Of a stretch of DNA of 58,917 nucleotides, positions 21,695 through 32,724 are shown in pieces. Origin of the DNA: Candidatus Binatia bacterium (GTDB taxonomy: Bacteria > Desulfobacterota > Binatia > Bin18); the NCBI GenBank assembly GCA_963666315.2, contig CAXXHG010000019.1, positions 1-58,917 on the forward strand. Direction: 5' to 3'. Numbering within the stretch: position 1 is the first letter of the stretch; each line of letters starts with the position of its first letter. A program made the translations under genes and the position numbers. The notes below the pieces were generated by a model. The model saw nothing but the letters and a program-made list of their open reading frames with translations. It had not been told where the DNA came from and ran no database searches.

Positions 21695-24127
21695 TCATTG
21701 CTGCCCCCTGCGCGCGGGTAGCAACACGCCATGCTGAGTTTTTGCTGATGGGGGTGAAAAAGACGGACGATTCAACTGCTTGTGCCATTTGGCAGGAGCG
21801 TTATGCTGTGCGAGAAAATCACCAAAGCGGTTCCGTTCGTGAACCGAATGAGCGGCGATTTCCGTATCGTCGCGTACGATGTGCGGGGTCAGAAAGATCA
21901 GTAAGTTGACTTTGCGGGTTGATTTTTGGTCGGAGCGAAAAAGCTGCCCCAGAATGGGGATGTCGCTCAGAAAGGGCAAACTATCTCGACGGCTGATGCG
22001 ATCATCGGAAATGAGGCCACCCACCACTACGGTCTGGCCGTCTTTGACAACAACGGTTTTACGAGCTATGCGCACTGAGGTCGAGGGGCCGACATTATTG
22101 GGGCTGCCTACATCCGGGGAAGTCGGTACGATGGCCGAAACCTCTTCATAAATTTCGAGCCGAACGTGGTCGCCCTCAGAGATTTGTGGGGTGATGCGGA
22201 GCGTAATGCCTACGTCCTCACGCTGCACAGTCGTAAATAAATTATCCAGTTGTGAGCCGTTCGTTGCCTGGCTGGCAATAAATGGAACATTTTGTCCAAC
22301 GATAATTTCCGCTTCTACGTTGTCTGTGGTCAAAATGGTGGGAGCAGACAGGACATTGATGTCTTGACTCGCCTGTGCCGCGCGGAGCAGGGCGATCTTG
22401 GCCGGGATTGTTGTGCCATCGGACAACTCGATAGTTTGATTACTGGCCGCCGCGAAAAGCAGGCCGGATATGCTGGCAGGATTAGCCAGGGCAGCATCCA
22501 AGGCACCGAAGCTCACTCGTCCTAACCCGATCCCTTGGCCCGCAATACTAAAGCCGCCCTGCAGCTCGATCCCCAGTTCTCGCACCCGGTCTACGCTTAC
22601 TTCTAGGATAATGGCTTCGACGTAGACTTGACGGCGGGGCATGTCGAGCTGCTCAATAACCTTCCTGAGAATGGAAAAATCTTGAGGCGTGGCGCTAATC
22701 ACTAAGCAGTTTGTCGCTGGGTCAGCAGTGACCCTGACCTCGCTATGAAATTCGGCCGCTTTGCCTGACGCGCCCTGGATCGCACGTGATGCTGTCGCTG
22801 GAAGGCCACGTTCACCTCGCCGTGTGTCAAATCGCGAACCGGATCGGCTGCGGCGATGGGCCTGTTCGGACCGACGCGACCCACGGTTGCGCTGAGAGGC
22901 GCCGCCACCGGTGTCGCGTGTGGACCGGCCGCCTATCAGATCGGTCAGAAGGGGTAAGAGGTCTTCTACGCTGGCATGCTTAAGCGGATAGACGTGGATT
23001 GCGTTCGTGCCCGGCGGAAGCGGGACATCGAGCTGAGAGACTAGGTGACGAACGGTTTTGAGTTCCTGCGGGCTGGCCGTCACGATCAGTGCATTTGTCC
23101 GCTCATCAGGCAGCACCTGGACTGCCTGATGAGCGCCGTTAAGCGGGACGGACGACGCAGACGCGACTGAGATTTTCTTTACGCGCGTCGTCCTGACCGG
23201 CGTAGGCCGGGTTCCTGAATCTTTCATGATGGCTTCGATCTTTGGTGCGAGGTCGGCCGCAAATGCATGGGTGAGAGGAATGACTTCCGTTATCCGCTTA
23301 TGGCCTTTGACGTCCAACTCTTCGAGCATGCCAAGGAGGCGACGGATATTCGACGCAGAGTCAGTCAGAATCAATGAATTCGTCTGGCCATAGGGAATGA
23401 GCAACCCGTCTGATGAAACCATGGGTTGCAGAATGGGCGTGATCTCGGACGCCGCCACATAGCGCAGGGGGATGAGCCGCGTAATAAACTCATCCCCGGC
23501 GGTGTCTAGCGCTCCATTGAAAATTGTCGGTAGGCCGATCTGTTTGGCTTCGCGGAGAGGGACGATTTTCACGACTTTGCCGTTGGGAACAGTGGTAAAA
23601 CCTTTGACCTGGCGTACGGATTGAAACACCGTATACGCCTCAGACGGGCTGACCTGGGTAGGCGAAATAATGGTCACTTTCCCTCGAATTTTATCGTCGA
23701 GTATAATTTCTGTGGCTAATTTCACTAATAAATCGGGCTAAGACCTGAATCTCGACATCTTGAAAATTCATGGTGATCAGCGCAAGATCCTCGGTTCCAT
23801 TGCGCGGTTTTGGTCAAACCCGTGCGCCGGATCCTGTCCAAAGTTCTGTTCAAGCTCGTGCTCAGCCTCCTGTCTATCGCCTTGAGCAGAACCGTTGAGC
23901 CGCTGTGCCTGCGGTTCATACGGAACGGGCGCAACTTCAATCAGATCAATCTGATTATGCTGATTATGCTGATTATGGGGGGCATGGAGATCACGGGCAT
24001 CATCTGCTTGGCTCGGTGACAGAGCGATGATGACCAAGACCAGGCCGGCCAACACTCCGCGCCAAGCCCGTGCGGGCCAAGTGGATAGTCCTGAGTGTCG
24101 TGGGTGCTGCTGTTGCCGATATCTCAT
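21695..24127 (-). pseudogene. gspD: Type II secretion secretin GspD with two frameshifts (~23800, ~23705)
   Basis: ITMNFQDVEIQVLARFISEI in one frame, ILDDKIRGKVTIISP in another; secretin motifs QVYVEAIILEV, LSAPTILT, LSDIPILGQLF. Confidence 0.88.
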
Positions 24128-24130
24128 GAG

Positions 24131-24958
24131 TCACTGAATTGTGTATGACAGGGTGACCGGTTGGTGATTGCGCACTACGTCAACGCTGACTTGTGACAGG
24201 CCAGGCAGATCTTGAAGCGGGGAAAATGCGGTACTGGGATCAGCAATATCAACGCCATTCACCCGTCGGACAATATCGCCATTCTTCAGCCCGAGTCGAT
24301 CCACCAAGCTCTTCGCTTTGATAGAAAAGAGCCGAAAGCCGTTGATCGTTCCGTCATCAGATGCATATGGAACGGCGCGCACGTTGGTGAACAAGTCGCC
24401 CAAATTCTCCATTGCATGTTCGATTTCGTTGCGGTCGACTCGATAGGCGTCTTCCGAGACATGTTGAATGCCACCGACCTTAGCTTGCTGCAATTGCAAA
24501 CGCAGTGGAGCTGAGGGCTTTGAGGCAGACGGACGTGGCGCATCGGTTGGCAAAAGGAGAGTTTCCCGGCGGCCGTCCCGGTCAACGATCACCCGATCCC
24601 ACTCAACCTTGGCCAGGGTGACACCGGGAAAGATTTCTTTGCCTTCTCGATGCAGACCCTGGACATGTGTTTTTTGGTCTTCCAAAATGGCGAATGCCGG
24701 ACTTTCGCCGTGTACGGCCGTTCCCCATAGATTCAGCGGTCCGGTTGAGCCATTTAAGACTGTCGGAGCAGACGGACTTGCGCTCTAGGGTGCTTTGACC
24801 GAATGAAAAATGTCGCGTTGGGTAATCACCGCATACGACGAGAATGGGGGTTGCCCTTTTGGTTTCTGCGGGATGGGTTGGGCGTGGGAGTACAGGGCTG
24901 AGGGTGGAAGTGCAAGCGCCATGGCCGCGAAACTATTCACGGCCATGGCGCTCCAGTA
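24131..24958 (-). pseudogene. gspC: Type II secretion protein GspC (HR + PDZ) with in-frame TAG at 24787-24785; 5' end not found
   Basis: YAVITQRDIF...KAP*SASP...LWGTAV...FAILED; PDZ GFRLFSIK...LGLKNGDIV. Confidence 0.8.
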
Positions 24959-25169
24959 AGAAAGGGGGCTAACAAAATAGCCCTCGTTCCGACAAATAGG
25001 ACAGATCTACTCACCACCACCACCTCCACAACCTCTTTTTTGTGCATAAGCGAATTAACAGATAATTTCAAGCTCTCCATGAACTTTTTATTCTAAGGTC
25101 CTAAAGTCACAGGAGAGATGAGTGTTCTCTGTTGACTCGATAGACGATGTCGGCTAAGACCTCCGGTCT

Positions 25170-26654
25170 ATGCAAGAGGATGAGCAAGTCCGCGTCCGCA
25201 AACAGAAACGTGCGGCTCTGAAGGACAGTGGAACGCCGATTTATCCGAACGATTTTTCTCCGACCCAGACGGCAGAGACTCTTCTCGAACGGTTTGTCGG
25301 GCTGAGTGGAGAAGAGTTGGAGAACGAGACCGAAACGTTTGCTCTAGCCGGTCGCATTATATCTTTGCGCAAATTCGGCAAGGCCGCCTTCTTTCATCTT
25401 CAGGATCGTAGTGGGCAGATCCAAGTGTATATACGCAAGGGTGATAGTCCGGAGGAGGCCGTCTCACTGCTGAAAGAATCGCTCGACGTGGGCGATATCG
25501 TGGGTGTCGAGGGGCCGATCTTTCGCACTCGGACAGGAGAGCTGACCATCAAGACGACCGGACTACGGCTGCTTAGCAAGGCGCTCCGGCCGCTACCAGA
25601 AAAATGGCATGGCCTGCAAGATATCGAGGCCCGTTACCGTCAGCGCTACCTTGACCTGATCGTGAACTCAGACGTCCGGAAAACCTTCCGGAAGCGGGCT
25701 CAACTCATCCAGCTGCTGCGCAACTTCCTGATTGAGCGTGACTTTCTCGAAGTCGAAACTCCGATGATGCAGAGCATGGCCGGCGGAGCTTTAGCCCAGC
25801 CTTTTGTCACCCACCATCAGGCGCTGGATATCGATCTATACATGCGTATAGCCCCAGAACTCTATTTGAAACGGCTCGTTGTGGGCGGCTTTGAGCGGGT
25901 CTTCGAACTGGGCCGCTTATTTCGCAATGAGGGCATTTCGACCAAGCACAATCCGGAGTTTACCGCCCTGGAGTTCTACCAAGCATATGCGACAGATGAA
26001 CATATGATGGCCCTGACCGAAGAAATGGTTGTGTTTCTGGCACAAGAAATAAACGGCGGGATGCGGCTGACGTATGGGGAATATGAGATCGACTTGACGC
26101 CGCCGTGGCGGCGTGTGGGCCTGAAAGAAACGGTATGCGAATATGGCGGCATGTCTGCTCAAGACGTCGAAAATGAAGACGTACTGCGAGCCAAAGCGGA
26201 AGAAGTCGGCGTTCGTCTGCCGCCGACTGCCCCGGTCGGCAAGGTCTTGGAGGAGCTGTTTGGCGCACTCGCTGAGCCGCATCTAATTCAACCCACATTT
26301 GTCGTCAGCTATCCGGTTGAGGTGTCTCCTCTGGCCCGCCGGAATGATGTTGATCCGCGTTTTGTGGATCGCTTTGAGCTGTTTATTGCAGGTCGAGAAA
26401 TCGCCAATGCGTTCTCTGAGCTGAACGATCCTGACGATCAACGCCAACGTTTTCAAGAACAACTGCGCGCCCGTGAGGCCGGGGACGCACAGGCGCACGC
26501 CCTGGACGAAGATTATGTACGTGCCCTGGAGTACGGTATGCCGCCCACGGCCGGCGAAGGGATCGGGATCGACCGGTTGGTTATGCTCTTTACCAATGCG
26601 CCTTCTATCCGCGATGTTATCCTTTTCCCGCAAATGCGACCGGAGAAGAAGTAG
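25170..26654 (+). CDS. lysS: Lysyl-tRNA synthetase (class II)
   Basis: PLPEKWHGL, RYRQRYLDL, YMRIAPELYLKRL, HNPEFT, GMPPTAGEGIGIDRL. Confidence 0.98.
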   Translation: MQEDEQVRVRKQKRAALKDSGTPIYPNDFSPTQTAETLLERFVGLSGEELENETETFALAGRIISLRKFGKAAFFHLQDRSGQIQVYIRKGDSPEEAVSLLKESLDVGDIVGVEGPIFRTRTGELTIKTTGLRLLSKALRPLPEKWHGLQDIEARYRQRYLDLIVNSDVRKTFRKRAQLIQLLRNFLIERDFLEVETPMMQSMAGGALAQPFVTHHQALDIDLYMRIAPELYLKRLVVGGFERVFELGRLFRNEGISTKHNPEFTALEFYQAYATDEHMMALTEEMVVFLAQEINGGMRLTYGEYEIDLTPPWRRVGLKETVCEYGGMSAQDVENEDVLRAKAEEVGVRLPPTAPVGKVLEELFGALAEPHLIQPTFVVSYPVEVSPLARRNDVDPRFVDRFELFIAGREIANAFSELNDPDDQRQRFQEQLRAREAGDAQAHALDEDYVRALEYGMPPTAGEGIGIDRLVMLFTNAPSIRDVILFPQMRPEKK

Positions 26655-26755
26655 GGGCCGAGTTGTGAGAGGGTCGGTAGTGTGTCGCCGCGCCTGGTAC
26701 CTAGCTCTCGTGTAGTACTGTTGGTGCTCTGAAAACTGACTGTTGGTTAATCCTC

Positions 26756-28021
26756 GTGAGATACGAACTATTTTTGTGCCTGCGCTATCTGCGAGCCAGA
26801 CGGCGTGAGGTATTTGTCTCGTTGATTACCCTGATCTCGATGATCGGGGTCATGATCGGCGTGATGACGCTGAACATCGTGCTCGCGGTGATGACCGGTT
26901 TTGAGGAAGACTTGCGTGATCGTATTCTAGGATTTAATCCACATGTGGTGGTTTCAAGCTTGCAGGGTCTGGTGGACGGCTATCCGGACGTACTGGACGT
27001 GGTCCGGCAGGTACCGGATGTGGTTGCGGCTGCGCCGTTTGTCTATAGTCAGGTGATGGCGAGTGCCGGCCAGAATGTTTCAGGAATATTAGTGCGTGGG
27101 GTCGACCCGGCACTCGCAAGTGCGGTGGTGGACATTGCCGCCTACCTGTCTTCTGGACAGATCGAAGAGCTCGGCCGCAAACAAGAATTCACCTTTCAGA
27201 ACGAAGAGACCCTGCACACTGTCCAGCTGTCGGGGGTGCTCATCGGACATGAGCTGGCTGGTCAACTGGGTGTCTCTATAGGTGACCCGGTGAAGATCAT
27301 CTCTCCTCTGAGTACGACTCCCGGTCCCCTCGGCCTTGTCCCCAAGGTCAAACGCTTCGTCGTTGTGGGGGTATTTGATTCGGGCATGTTCGAATACGAC
27401 AGCGCCCTGGTGTATATGGCGCTCGCGGATGCCCAACGCTTTTTTACACTAGGCGAGCAAGTGACCGGTGTGGAGGTGAGGGTCCAAGACGTGTACCAGG
27501 CCCAGGCTGTGGCACAAGAGCTGGAAGCCAGACTCGGCTTTCCGTACACGGCTCGAGACTGGACGGAAATCAACCGCAACCTTTTTGCCGCGCTGGCCTT
27601 AGAAAAGACGGTATACTTCATTGTTTTGTTGCTGATTGTGCTCGTCGCGGCCTTTAATATTGTTGCCACCCTCATTATGGTCGTTATGGAAAAGCGGAAA
27701 GATATCGCCGTTCTCAAATCCATGGGAGCGCCGGGTCGGGCCATTAGTCGGATTTTTATCTATAAAGGGCTGATCATAGGCGTCATCGGAACTCTGCTGG
27801 GGACCGCGTTCGGCTGGCTCGGTTGCTGGCTGCTGGATCGGTATGAATTCATCGAGCTGCCCAAAGACGTCTTTTATGTGTCTACGCTGCCGGTTAAAAT
27901 TTATCTGGAAAATTTTCTCGTCGTTGGCGTGTCGTCCATGTTGATCTGCTTGGTGGCGACTATTTATCCAGCGCGCCAGGCGGCTCGCTTAGCCCCGGTG
28001 GAAGTCATCCGCTACGAGTAA
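26756..28021 (+). CDS. lolC: Lipoprotein-releasing ABC transporter permease LolC/E
   Basis: LAVMTGF, VAAFNIVATL, EKRKDIAVLKSMGA, YPARQAARLAPVEVIRYE. Confidence 0.93.
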   Translation: MRYELFLCLRYLRARRREVFVSLITLISMIGVMIGVMTLNIVLAVMTGFEEDLRDRILGFNPHVVVSSLQGLVDGYPDVLDVVRQVPDVVAAAPFVYSQVMASAGQNVSGILVRGVDPALASAVVDIAAYLSSGQIEELGRKQEFTFQNEETLHTVQLSGVLIGHELAGQLGVSIGDPVKIISPLSTTPGPLGLVPKVKRFVVVGVFDSGMFEYDSALVYMALADAQRFFTLGEQVTGVEVRVQDVYQAQAVAQELEARLGFPYTARDWTEINRNLFAALALEKTVYFIVLLLIVLVAAFNIVATLIMVVMEKRKDIAVLKSMGAPGRAISRIFIYKGLIIGVIGTLLGTAFGWLGCWLLDRYEFIELPKDVFYVSTLPVKIYLENFLVVGVSSMLICLVATIYPARQAARLAPVEVIRYE

Positions 28022-28037
28022 ATCACGAGTATATCGT

Positions 28038-28724
28038 ATGGCCGCTGTGTTACTTCGGGCTGTGCAGCTCAGCAAGCAATATAGGGAGGGCGAGTACGCT
28101 GTCCGGGTGCTGACGGGCTTAGATCTCGTTATTCGTCAGGCAGAGCGTGTCGCAATTATCGGGGAGTCCGGGGTCGGCAAAAGCACCTTGCTGCATATCC
28201 TGGGCACCCTAGACCCTCCGACTGCAGGCCAGGTGCTCCTGAATGATCAGGATCTGTTTGCGCTGCCCGAATTAGAACTCGCGGCCCTGCGCAATCGTGA
28301 CGTCGGCTTTATTTTTCAGCTGCACCATCTCCTGCCGGATTTTAGCGCGCTTGAAAATGTGATGATGCCGGGCCTGATTGCGCGACTCAGTCAGGCTGAG
28401 TCGCGCACGCGTGCGGCCGAGATGCTTGATCGAGTCGGTCTGTCCGCCCGTCTGAGTCATCGGCCTGGAGAGCTGTCCGGGGGGGAGCAGCAGCGGGTGG
28501 CTGTGGCCCGCGCCTTAGTCCTCGGTCCGCGGCTGGTACTGGCTGATGAACCGACCGGCAACCTTGATCCGGAGACCGGCGAAGGCGTCTTGCAGTTACT
28601 GCTCTCTCTGAATCGCGACATGGGTATTGCCATGGTGGTTGTCTCCCATAGCGAAACCCTTGCTGCGGCTATGGACCGGACGTTGCGGCTCAGACGTGGG
28701 ACGCTGACGGAGGTCGGCACCTGA
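28038..28724 (+). CDS. lolD: Lipoprotein-releasing ABC transporter ATPase
   Basis: [44 protein letters not shown]; follows lolC. Confidence 0.93.
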   Translation: MAAVLLRAVQLSKQYREGEYAVRVLTGLDLVIRQAERVAIIGESGVGKSTLLHILGTLDPPTAGQVLLNDQDLFALPELELAALRNRDVGFIFQLHHLLPDFSALENVMMPGLIARLSQAESRTRAAEMLDRVGLSARLSHRPGELSGGEQQRVAVARALVLGPRLVLADEPTGNLDPETGEGVLQLLLSLNRDMGIAMVVVSHSETLAAAMDRTLRLRRGTLTEVGT

Positions 28725-28884
28725 AGGGTATACGCTCGGACGTATGAGCGGTTGTGTTACACGCTTGCCCGGACGCCTTATTTTTTATCTCTTCTGTGCG
28801 CTTTGGACGGGGCTTGCCACCTTTACAATATTCAGTGATCTTGGTAGGGGGAAGAGCGTTTTTTACGGAGAAACGAAAACTTAC

Positions 28885-31608
28885 ATGGCACGCAGATTTT
28901 TAGTGTTCAGTGAACTTTTTTTGTTCACCCTTTTCATCGGACTGTCTTTGCCTGCCTGGGCCAACGACGAAGAACTTTCAGAGGACTTTATTACCGAAGG
29001 CATGCTGGACGACGCCTCCGAGACGGAGGTCTCTGAGGCGCTGTTTGAGGGCAACGCGTCCGATGTCGGCGACGACACTGTTGCCGCAGAAGACGGCATG
29101 CTCGATGAGATTGCTGGAGAGCTTGACACAGATACTGAAAATCTCGCCGGAACTGAAGACCGGCAAGAAGGAACGGACGCAGTCGAGTCTGAGACTGAAT
29201 CAGCCTCTGCGCAGTCTGACAGTCCGGACAATATTCTGGACGAGATTCTAATCGGCGGCAACGACCGGGTGGAGGAAGAAGCCATCCGTATCCGGACCTC
29301 AATTCTGCTGGGTACAGCGCTCAATCAGGAGACACGTGAAACGGTGGATGCGGATATCCGTTCCATTTATGACATGGGCTTTTTCCATAATGTGGAAGCG
29401 CGTCTTACGCAAGAACACGGCCGGACCATTCTGACGTATTGGGTCCGCGAACGACCCCTCATTCGTGTGGTGCGATTTGAAGGCAATAAGAAGCTGGATA
29501 AAGATACACTTGAGGTTGCCCTCAAAATCCATCCGCGCACAATTCTCAACCCGGTCCGCATTCGGCGTGGCATAGAAGACGCCAAAAAAGCCTATGAGGC
29601 AAAAGGCTATCTGGATACGGACATTACTTACCGGGCTGAGCAGGTTGGGCCGGGCGAGGCGGCTGTCACCTTTACGATTGAAGAGCACAAAACTACGGGT
29701 ATTTCGAAGGTCCAATTCGAAGGGAATGAATCATTCCCCGCAGCTCGTCTGCAGGGCATTATGGCCACGCGCCAGAAAAACTTTCTGTCACGCCTCATGA
29801 GTACAGGCACGCTGAACCGCGAAGCGCTGAAGACAGACACGGAGCGACTCACCGCCTTTTACTACGATAACGGCTATATCAACGTCAAAATTGATGAAGC
29901 AAAGATCGACCGCGGTGATGACGGCATGCTCATCACCATACGCATTGATGAGGGCGAGCAGTTCTCGGTCGGCGAAGTGCATATTAGTGGAGAATTCCCC
30001 GGCAGCGAAGACGAAGCATTGCGCCGGGTCGGCATGGAGGAAGGGACGGTCTTTAAGGCCAGTAATCTGCGTGAAGATGTGTTCCGCTTAACCGGCTACT
30101 TCAGCAACCACGGTTTCGCATTTGTGAACGTCGAGCCGGAAACACACGTTGACCCGGACGATAGTGTGGTGAATATTTCATACCAGGTGGATAAGGGACC
30201 TGAGGTCTATATCGACCGAATTGATATTGCCGGGAACACCAAGACGCGTGACAAAGTGATTCGGCGTGAGTTGCGTATTACCGAACAGAGCAGATTCCAT
30301 GCCACAGACATTGAGTACAGTCGTAGTCGTGTACAGCGACTCGGCTTGTTTCAGGATGTCAACCTGGCCACGCGTCGTGGCGCACGCAGCGATCTGCTGA
30401 ATGTGTTGGTTGATGTCAAAGAGGGCCAGACCGGTTCGTTCAGCATAGGCGCCGGATTCAATACGGCGACCAGTCTGGTTGGTTCGGCCCGCATGCAGGA
30501 AATGAATTTGTTCGGCTACGGGCAGCAGTTCGTTATCAGCGCTAATATGGGCAGTCGTTATCGGAACTCAACGCTCAGCTGGACCGACCCGTATTTCCTG
30601 GATACCCGTTTAACGTTGGGGCTGGAGGTCTTTGACTGGAAGTTTGCGTTCGAGGATTTTGATCGCGCGGGAGTGGGCGCTGGCACCCGTGTCCTCTACC
30701 CCCTGAACGAGCTGGGGTTGAAAACGCTGTGGGGGCTCCCCATGCGGGATGTGTCTATTGGGGTGCAATACCAATTGGAAAAATCGAAGATCAGTAATTT
30801 CGAGCCGATCGCGCCGGATGCCGTTCGGGCGGAGAAGGGAACAAAAACAACCAGTAAAATTGTGCCAACTTTACAACGCAATACGCTCAACCACCCGAGG
30901 GACCCCACAGCGGGTTCGTATCAACAACTCTCCTTTAGTCAGGCGGGTCTGGGTGGAGATACAACCTATAGCAAGGTTGAACTCCAGGCTAACTTCTTTA
31001 TTCCGGTGTATAAACATAGACGCTGGGGTCAGTTGACGTGGATGAACAAAAACTTCATTGGGTATGGAGTGGGAGATATCGATTTTTCGAACGAGCCGGT
31101 CATCGGTGGGGAGACGGATCAAGTCCTTAAAGATGATATGCCGCTGTTTGACCGTTATTTCCCTGGCGGGCTGTACTCTATTCGCGGTTTTGGCGAGCGC
31201 AGCCTGGGGCCGCGTGAGCCTGTCGTAGTCTTGGTTAACGACGAGGACGCACCGAATCGGGTCCGAGCGGACACATTTCATCGTCCCATCGGGGGCAGTC
31301 AACAGCTCATTCTCAATAATGAATTGATGTTCCCCATTGTCAAACCGCTGAATTTGAATGGTGCGGTGTTTAGCGATATAGGCAATGCCTTTACGGCCGA
31401 GCACGGTATCGACTTAGGCGACCTGCGCTACTCGGTTGGTGTGGGGATACGTTGGAAATCGCCTTTCGGACCGATCCGGATTGACCTGGCCAAGGCCCTC
31501 AACGCGAAAAAAGATGAACGCACGAGCAAAATCCACTTCTCGTTCGGTGGTGCCGGCGGAGGTAGTTCAGGCGGTGGCCGGGGCGCTTTAGGCGGCGGTG
31601 GATATTAG
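28885..31608 (+). CDS. bamA: Outer membrane protein assembly factor BamA
   Basis: POTRA repeats, GNTKTRDKVIRRE, SIRGF, GIRWKSPFGPIRID; probable start ATG 28885 with signal peptide. Confidence 0.95.
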   Translation: MARRFLVFSELFLFTLFIGLSLPAWANDEELSEDFITEGMLDDASETEVSEALFEGNASDVGDDTVAAEDGMLDEIAGELDTDTENLAGTEDRQEGTDAVESETESASAQSDSPDNILDEILIGGNDRVEEEAIRIRTSILLGTALNQETRETVDADIRSIYDMGFFHNVEARLTQEHGRTILTYWVRERPLIRVVRFEGNKKLDKDTLEVALKIHPRTILNPVRIRRGIEDAKKAYEAKGYLDTDITYRAEQVGPGEAAVTFTIEEHKTTGISKVQFEGNESFPAARLQGIMATRQKNFLSRLMSTGTLNREALKTDTERLTAFYYDNGYINVKIDEAKIDRGDDGMLITIRIDEGEQFSVGEVHISGEFPGSEDEALRRVGMEEGTVFKASNLREDVFRLTGYFSNHGFAFVNVEPETHVDPDDSVVNISYQVDKGPEVYIDRIDIAGNTKTRDKVIRRELRITEQSRFHATDIEYSRSRVQRLGLFQDVNLATRRGARSDLLNVLVDVKEGQTGSFSIGAGFNTATSLVGSARMQEMNLFGYGQQFVISANMGSRYRNSTLSWTDPYFLDTRLTLGLEVFDWKFAFEDFDRAGVGAGTRVLYPLNELGLKTLWGLPMRDVSIGVQYQLEKSKISNFEPIAPDAVRAEKGTKTTSKIVPTLQRNTLNHPRDPTAGSYQQLSFSQAGLGGDTTYSKVELQANFFIPVYKHRRWGQLTWMNKNFIGYGVGDIDFSNEPVIGGETDQVLKDDMPLFDRYFPGGLYSIRGFGERSLGPREPVVVLVNDEDAPNRVRADTFHRPIGGSQQLILNNELMFPIVKPLNLNGAVFSDIGNAFTAEHGIDLGDLRYSVGVGIRWKSPFGPIRIDLAKALNAKKDERTSKIHFSFGGAGGGSSGGGRGALGGGGY

Positions 31609-31695
31609 CCTGCCGTGTAGAGTGGTCCGGGTGCTGGTGGGCGCCGTCTCGTGCGCGTCCGTCGCAGCGAAGAACTGCAGCTAAGGAGAATATGC

Positions 31696-32238
31696 ATGTA
31701 TTGGAAAATTGCCGTCAGCATAGCCGTCAGTGTCGGCTGTCTTGTGTTACCGAATACAGGGGCGGGTGCCGAATTCAGAATCGGCTATGTCGACCTGCAA
31801 CAGGCTCTGAACGTATCGTCTGCCGGTAAAAAGGCAAAAGAAAGCTTTAAGGGTGAAGTAGGCCGCATGGAGCAGAAATTAGAGAACCGCAGGAAGAGGG
31901 TTGAAAAACTCAAAGGAGAGCTGGAGAAAAAAGCGCTGCTGCTGCGCGACGAGGAGCGCTCGGCATTGCAACGAGACTACCGGAATGAGCTGCGCGACTT
32001 TGAGCGGCTGTACAAAGACTCTCAGGAGGAACTCAAGCTAAGAGACCGTGAGCTGACCGCGCGTATCTTGATTGAGCTGCGGCACGTCGTCAACGACCTG
32101 GGAGAACAAGGCGATTATTCCGTTATTCTTGAAGGGAACAACACCGTGGTCCTGTACGGCTCAAAATCCATCGATCTGACCGAGAATGTGATCAAAGCCT
32201 ATGACAAAAGGGGCTCCAAGATCTCCTTCAAGCGCTAA
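31696..32238 (+). CDS. skp: OmpH/Skp periplasmic chaperone
   Basis: RIGYVDLQQAL, coiled coil, IDLTENVI; directly after bamA. Confidence 0.92.
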   Translation: MYWKIAVSIAVSVGCLVLPNTGAGAEFRIGYVDLQQALNVSSAGKKAKESFKGEVGRMEQKLENRRKRVEKLKGELEKKALLLRDEERSALQRDYRNELRDFERLYKDSQEELKLRDRELTARILIELRHVVNDLGEQGDYSVILEGNNTVVLYGSKSIDLTENVIKAYDKRGSKISFKR

Positions 32239-32271
32239 TGCACGATTCTTTTGCCCGTCTACCACCTCTCC

Positions 32272-32724
32272 ATGAAATACGCTGAGATCGCTGCTCTCCT
32301 GCCCCACCGCTACCCGTTCTTGCTGGTTGACCGGGTGATCGAACTCACGGCTGGGGAGCGGATTGTTGCGCTCAAAAATGTGACCGCTAACGAACCCTTC
32401 TTTAGCGGCCATTTCCCTGATCAGCCACTCATGCCGGGCGTACTGATCTGTGAAGCAGTGGTCCAAGCCGGGGGCATACTGGCGCGCGCATCGGTTGATG
32501 CGCCGAGCCAGCAAGGTAAGGTTGCCATGCTGACCGGCCTCGATCATGTCCGTTTTCGGCGTCAGGTCGTACCTGGCGATCAATTGCGGCTTGAGGTTGA
32601 GATTGTGCGCCGTCGCGGCACCTTTTGCAAAATGCGCGGGACAGCCCGGGTTGAGGGGAAAGTGGCAGCCGAGCTCGAATTTACGGTAGTCGACGTTGAC
32701 CCAGAAAGCGAGACGGATTCGTGA
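32272..32724 (+). CDS. fabZ: 3-hydroxyacyl-ACP dehydratase
   Basis: LPHRYPFLLVDR, KNVTANEPFFSGHFP, MPGVLICEA; start uncertain. Confidence 0.95.
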   Translation: MKYAEIAALLPHRYPFLLVDRVIELTAGERIVALKNVTANEPFFSGHFPDQPLMPGVLICEAVVQAGGILARASVDAPSQQGKVAMLTGLDHVRFRRQVVPGDQLRLEVEIVRRRGTFCKMRGTARVEGKVAAELEFTVVDVDPESETDS

